Origin: an uncultured cyanobacterium | GTDB lineage: Bacteria > Cyanobacteriota > Cyanobacteriia > Cyanobacteriales > Cyanobacteriaceae | Direction of reading: 5' to 3' | Assembly: GCA_963749915.1 (NCBI GenBank) | Contig: CAVVOP010000005.1 | Location: 426,182-490,181, forward strand | DNA: 64,000 nucleotides | Notes under the pieces: generated by a model | What the model was told of the DNA's origin: nothing | The model's database searches: none | The model's input: the letters and a program-made list of their open reading frames with translations, nothing else | Shown: in pieces, positions 62,715 to 64,000 of the stretch | Layout of the letters: each line of letters opens with the position of its first letter | Numbering within the stretch: the first letter of the stretch is position 1 | Translations under genes and position numbers: made by a program

Positions 62715-64000
62715 TTGACACTCCCACCACTAAGCTCCTTGGGTCGCTATAGTGGGGGATTCTTGGTTCACCGACTCGCCGTTAGACGACAGCCCGTAAG
62801 CAATCGCCCAAGAGGGCAAATCTCCCCAAGCGTATGTTCCCGTATGCCCTACGGTACGTAATGCTTTTATTAGGATATTTCTAGCCGCATTAAAATCTCT
62901 ATCTTGTATATGCCCACAATGAGGACATATATGCGTTCTAGTAGATAGCGATTTTTGCACTTTCTGACCACAATTAGAACAATCTTGACTAGTATTATGT
63001 GGCGGTACAGCAACGGTTATTTTGCCGTATTTGTAACCAAAATACTCTAACCATTGTCTAAAAATATTCCATCCCGCATCGCTAATTGACTTAGCTAGTT
63101 TCCGATTCCTGACCATGCCAGAAACGTTTAAATCTTCATAGGCGACCAAATCGTTAGATTGGATTACGCAGTATGCTACTCTCTTAGCAAACTCTTGACG
63201 TTGCCTACTTACCTTTAAATGTTTACGGGCATATCTTACCCTAGCTTTATGATAGTTCTTAGACTGAGATTTTTTCCGGTTGACAAACTTCTGAGACTTT
63301 TTGCGGTTAGCTCGATTAAGGGCTTTTTCTGCTTTTCTGAAGAAGCGAGGGTTTTCTACTGTATTGCCTTCACTATCTGTGAGAAATTCTTTTAAACCAA
63401 CATCTAAACCAACCATCTTATTGGTTAAGTTAGTCTCAATCTGCACATCTACCTTAAGGGAAAATTGGCAATAGTAACCGTCTGCTCTTTTAACCAGACG
63501 AACTCGCTTAATCTCATTAGGATTAGAGAAATATATCTCTCTACTGCCTACTAATTTGAGCCTTCCAATGCCTTTCTTATCAGTAAAGGTGATGTGTTTT
63601 TTCGTTGTTGAGTCTAGCTTCCACCCACTAGTTTTATATTCCACCGAGCGAGAATTTTTCTTAAATTTGGGGTAGCCTTTCTTACCTTTGACATTTTTGC
63701 GACAATTATCGAAAAATCGAGAAATAGCACTCCAAGCTCGTTCAGCCGATGCTTGTCTAGCAGTGGAATTTAACTGTGACGCAAATGGGTATTCTTTGGC
63801 TAAAACAGCACAATACTTGTTAAGGTCATATTTATTAACTTTCTCGCCATCCATCCACAAACGTAAGGCTTTATTTCTAACGAATTGAGCCGTGCGAATT
63901 GCATCGTCAATGGCTTGATACTGGTATTGCTTCCCTTTTAGCTTGTATTCGAGAACTATCATTTGCCTCACTGTTCGTGCTTAGGCTGACATATTAGCAC
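62715..64000 (-). mobile_element. IS200/IS605-family element; left end outside the window
   Basis: Right end on the minus strand: gaatcccccacta...tagtggtgggagtgTCAA ending at 62715. Confidence 0.85.
62730..63962 (-). CDS. tnpB: IS200/IS605-family TnpB RNA-guided endonuclease
   Basis: RuvC GLDVGL, AYEDL and DRDFNAA, plus Zn finger CSNCG/CPHCG, all intact. Confidence 0.95.
   Translation of the reverse strand: MIVLEYKLKGKQYQYQAIDDAIRTAQFVRNKALRLWMDGEKVNKYDLNKYCAVLAKEYPFASQLNSTARQASAERAWSAISRFFDNCRKNVKGKKGYPKFKKNSRSVEYKTSGWKLDSTTKKHITFTDKKGIGRLKLVGSREIYFSNPNEIKRVRLVKRADGYYCQFSLKVDVQIETNLTNKMVGLDVGLKEFLTDSEGNTVENPRFFRKAEKALNRANRKKSQKFVNRKKSQSKNYHKARVRYARKHLKVSRQRQEFAKRVAYCVIQSNDLVAYEDLNVSGMVRNRKLAKSISDAGWNIFRQWLEYFGYKYGKITVAVPPHNTSQDCSNCGQKVQKSLSTRTHICPHCGHIQDRDFNAARNILIKALRTVGHTGTYAWGDLPSWAIAYGLSSNGESVNQESPTIATQGA

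Overview
AT-rich cyanobacterial chromosomal window. It has many HIP1 GCGATCGC octamers, and the gene content and base composition suggest a Geminocystis/Cyanobacterium-like chroococcalean (inference). It is mostly core genes: petB-petD, pxcA, tmk, psb28, por, glnN, truB, chlI, a lone sufB with SufR operators, sipA, intein-containing dnaB, hypD/E/F, kaiABC, psb34 (missing from the ORF track), petH, gabD, trxA with the Yfr1 sRNA, fluC-fluC-DUF190 and pmbA. Mobile or decayed DNA includes a full-length IS200/IS605 tnpB at the right edge, an orphan tnpB 3'-end/omegaRNA/right-end remnant between petB and petD, two IS1-family fragments, a 142-bp MITE, a LOG-family pseudogene and an orphan TPR fragment. 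The most notable observations are: (i) a free-standing duplicate of the FNR phycobilisome-anchor (CpcD-like) domain encoded directly upstream of petH; (ii) the orphan omegaRNA cassette inside petBD; (iii) a PIN-PhoH + LOG gene pair downstream of kaiC; (iv) a DnaB intein with an apparently inactivated homing endonuclease; (v) a GtrABC-like glycosylation cassette. All calls come from reading the sequence. No database searches were run.
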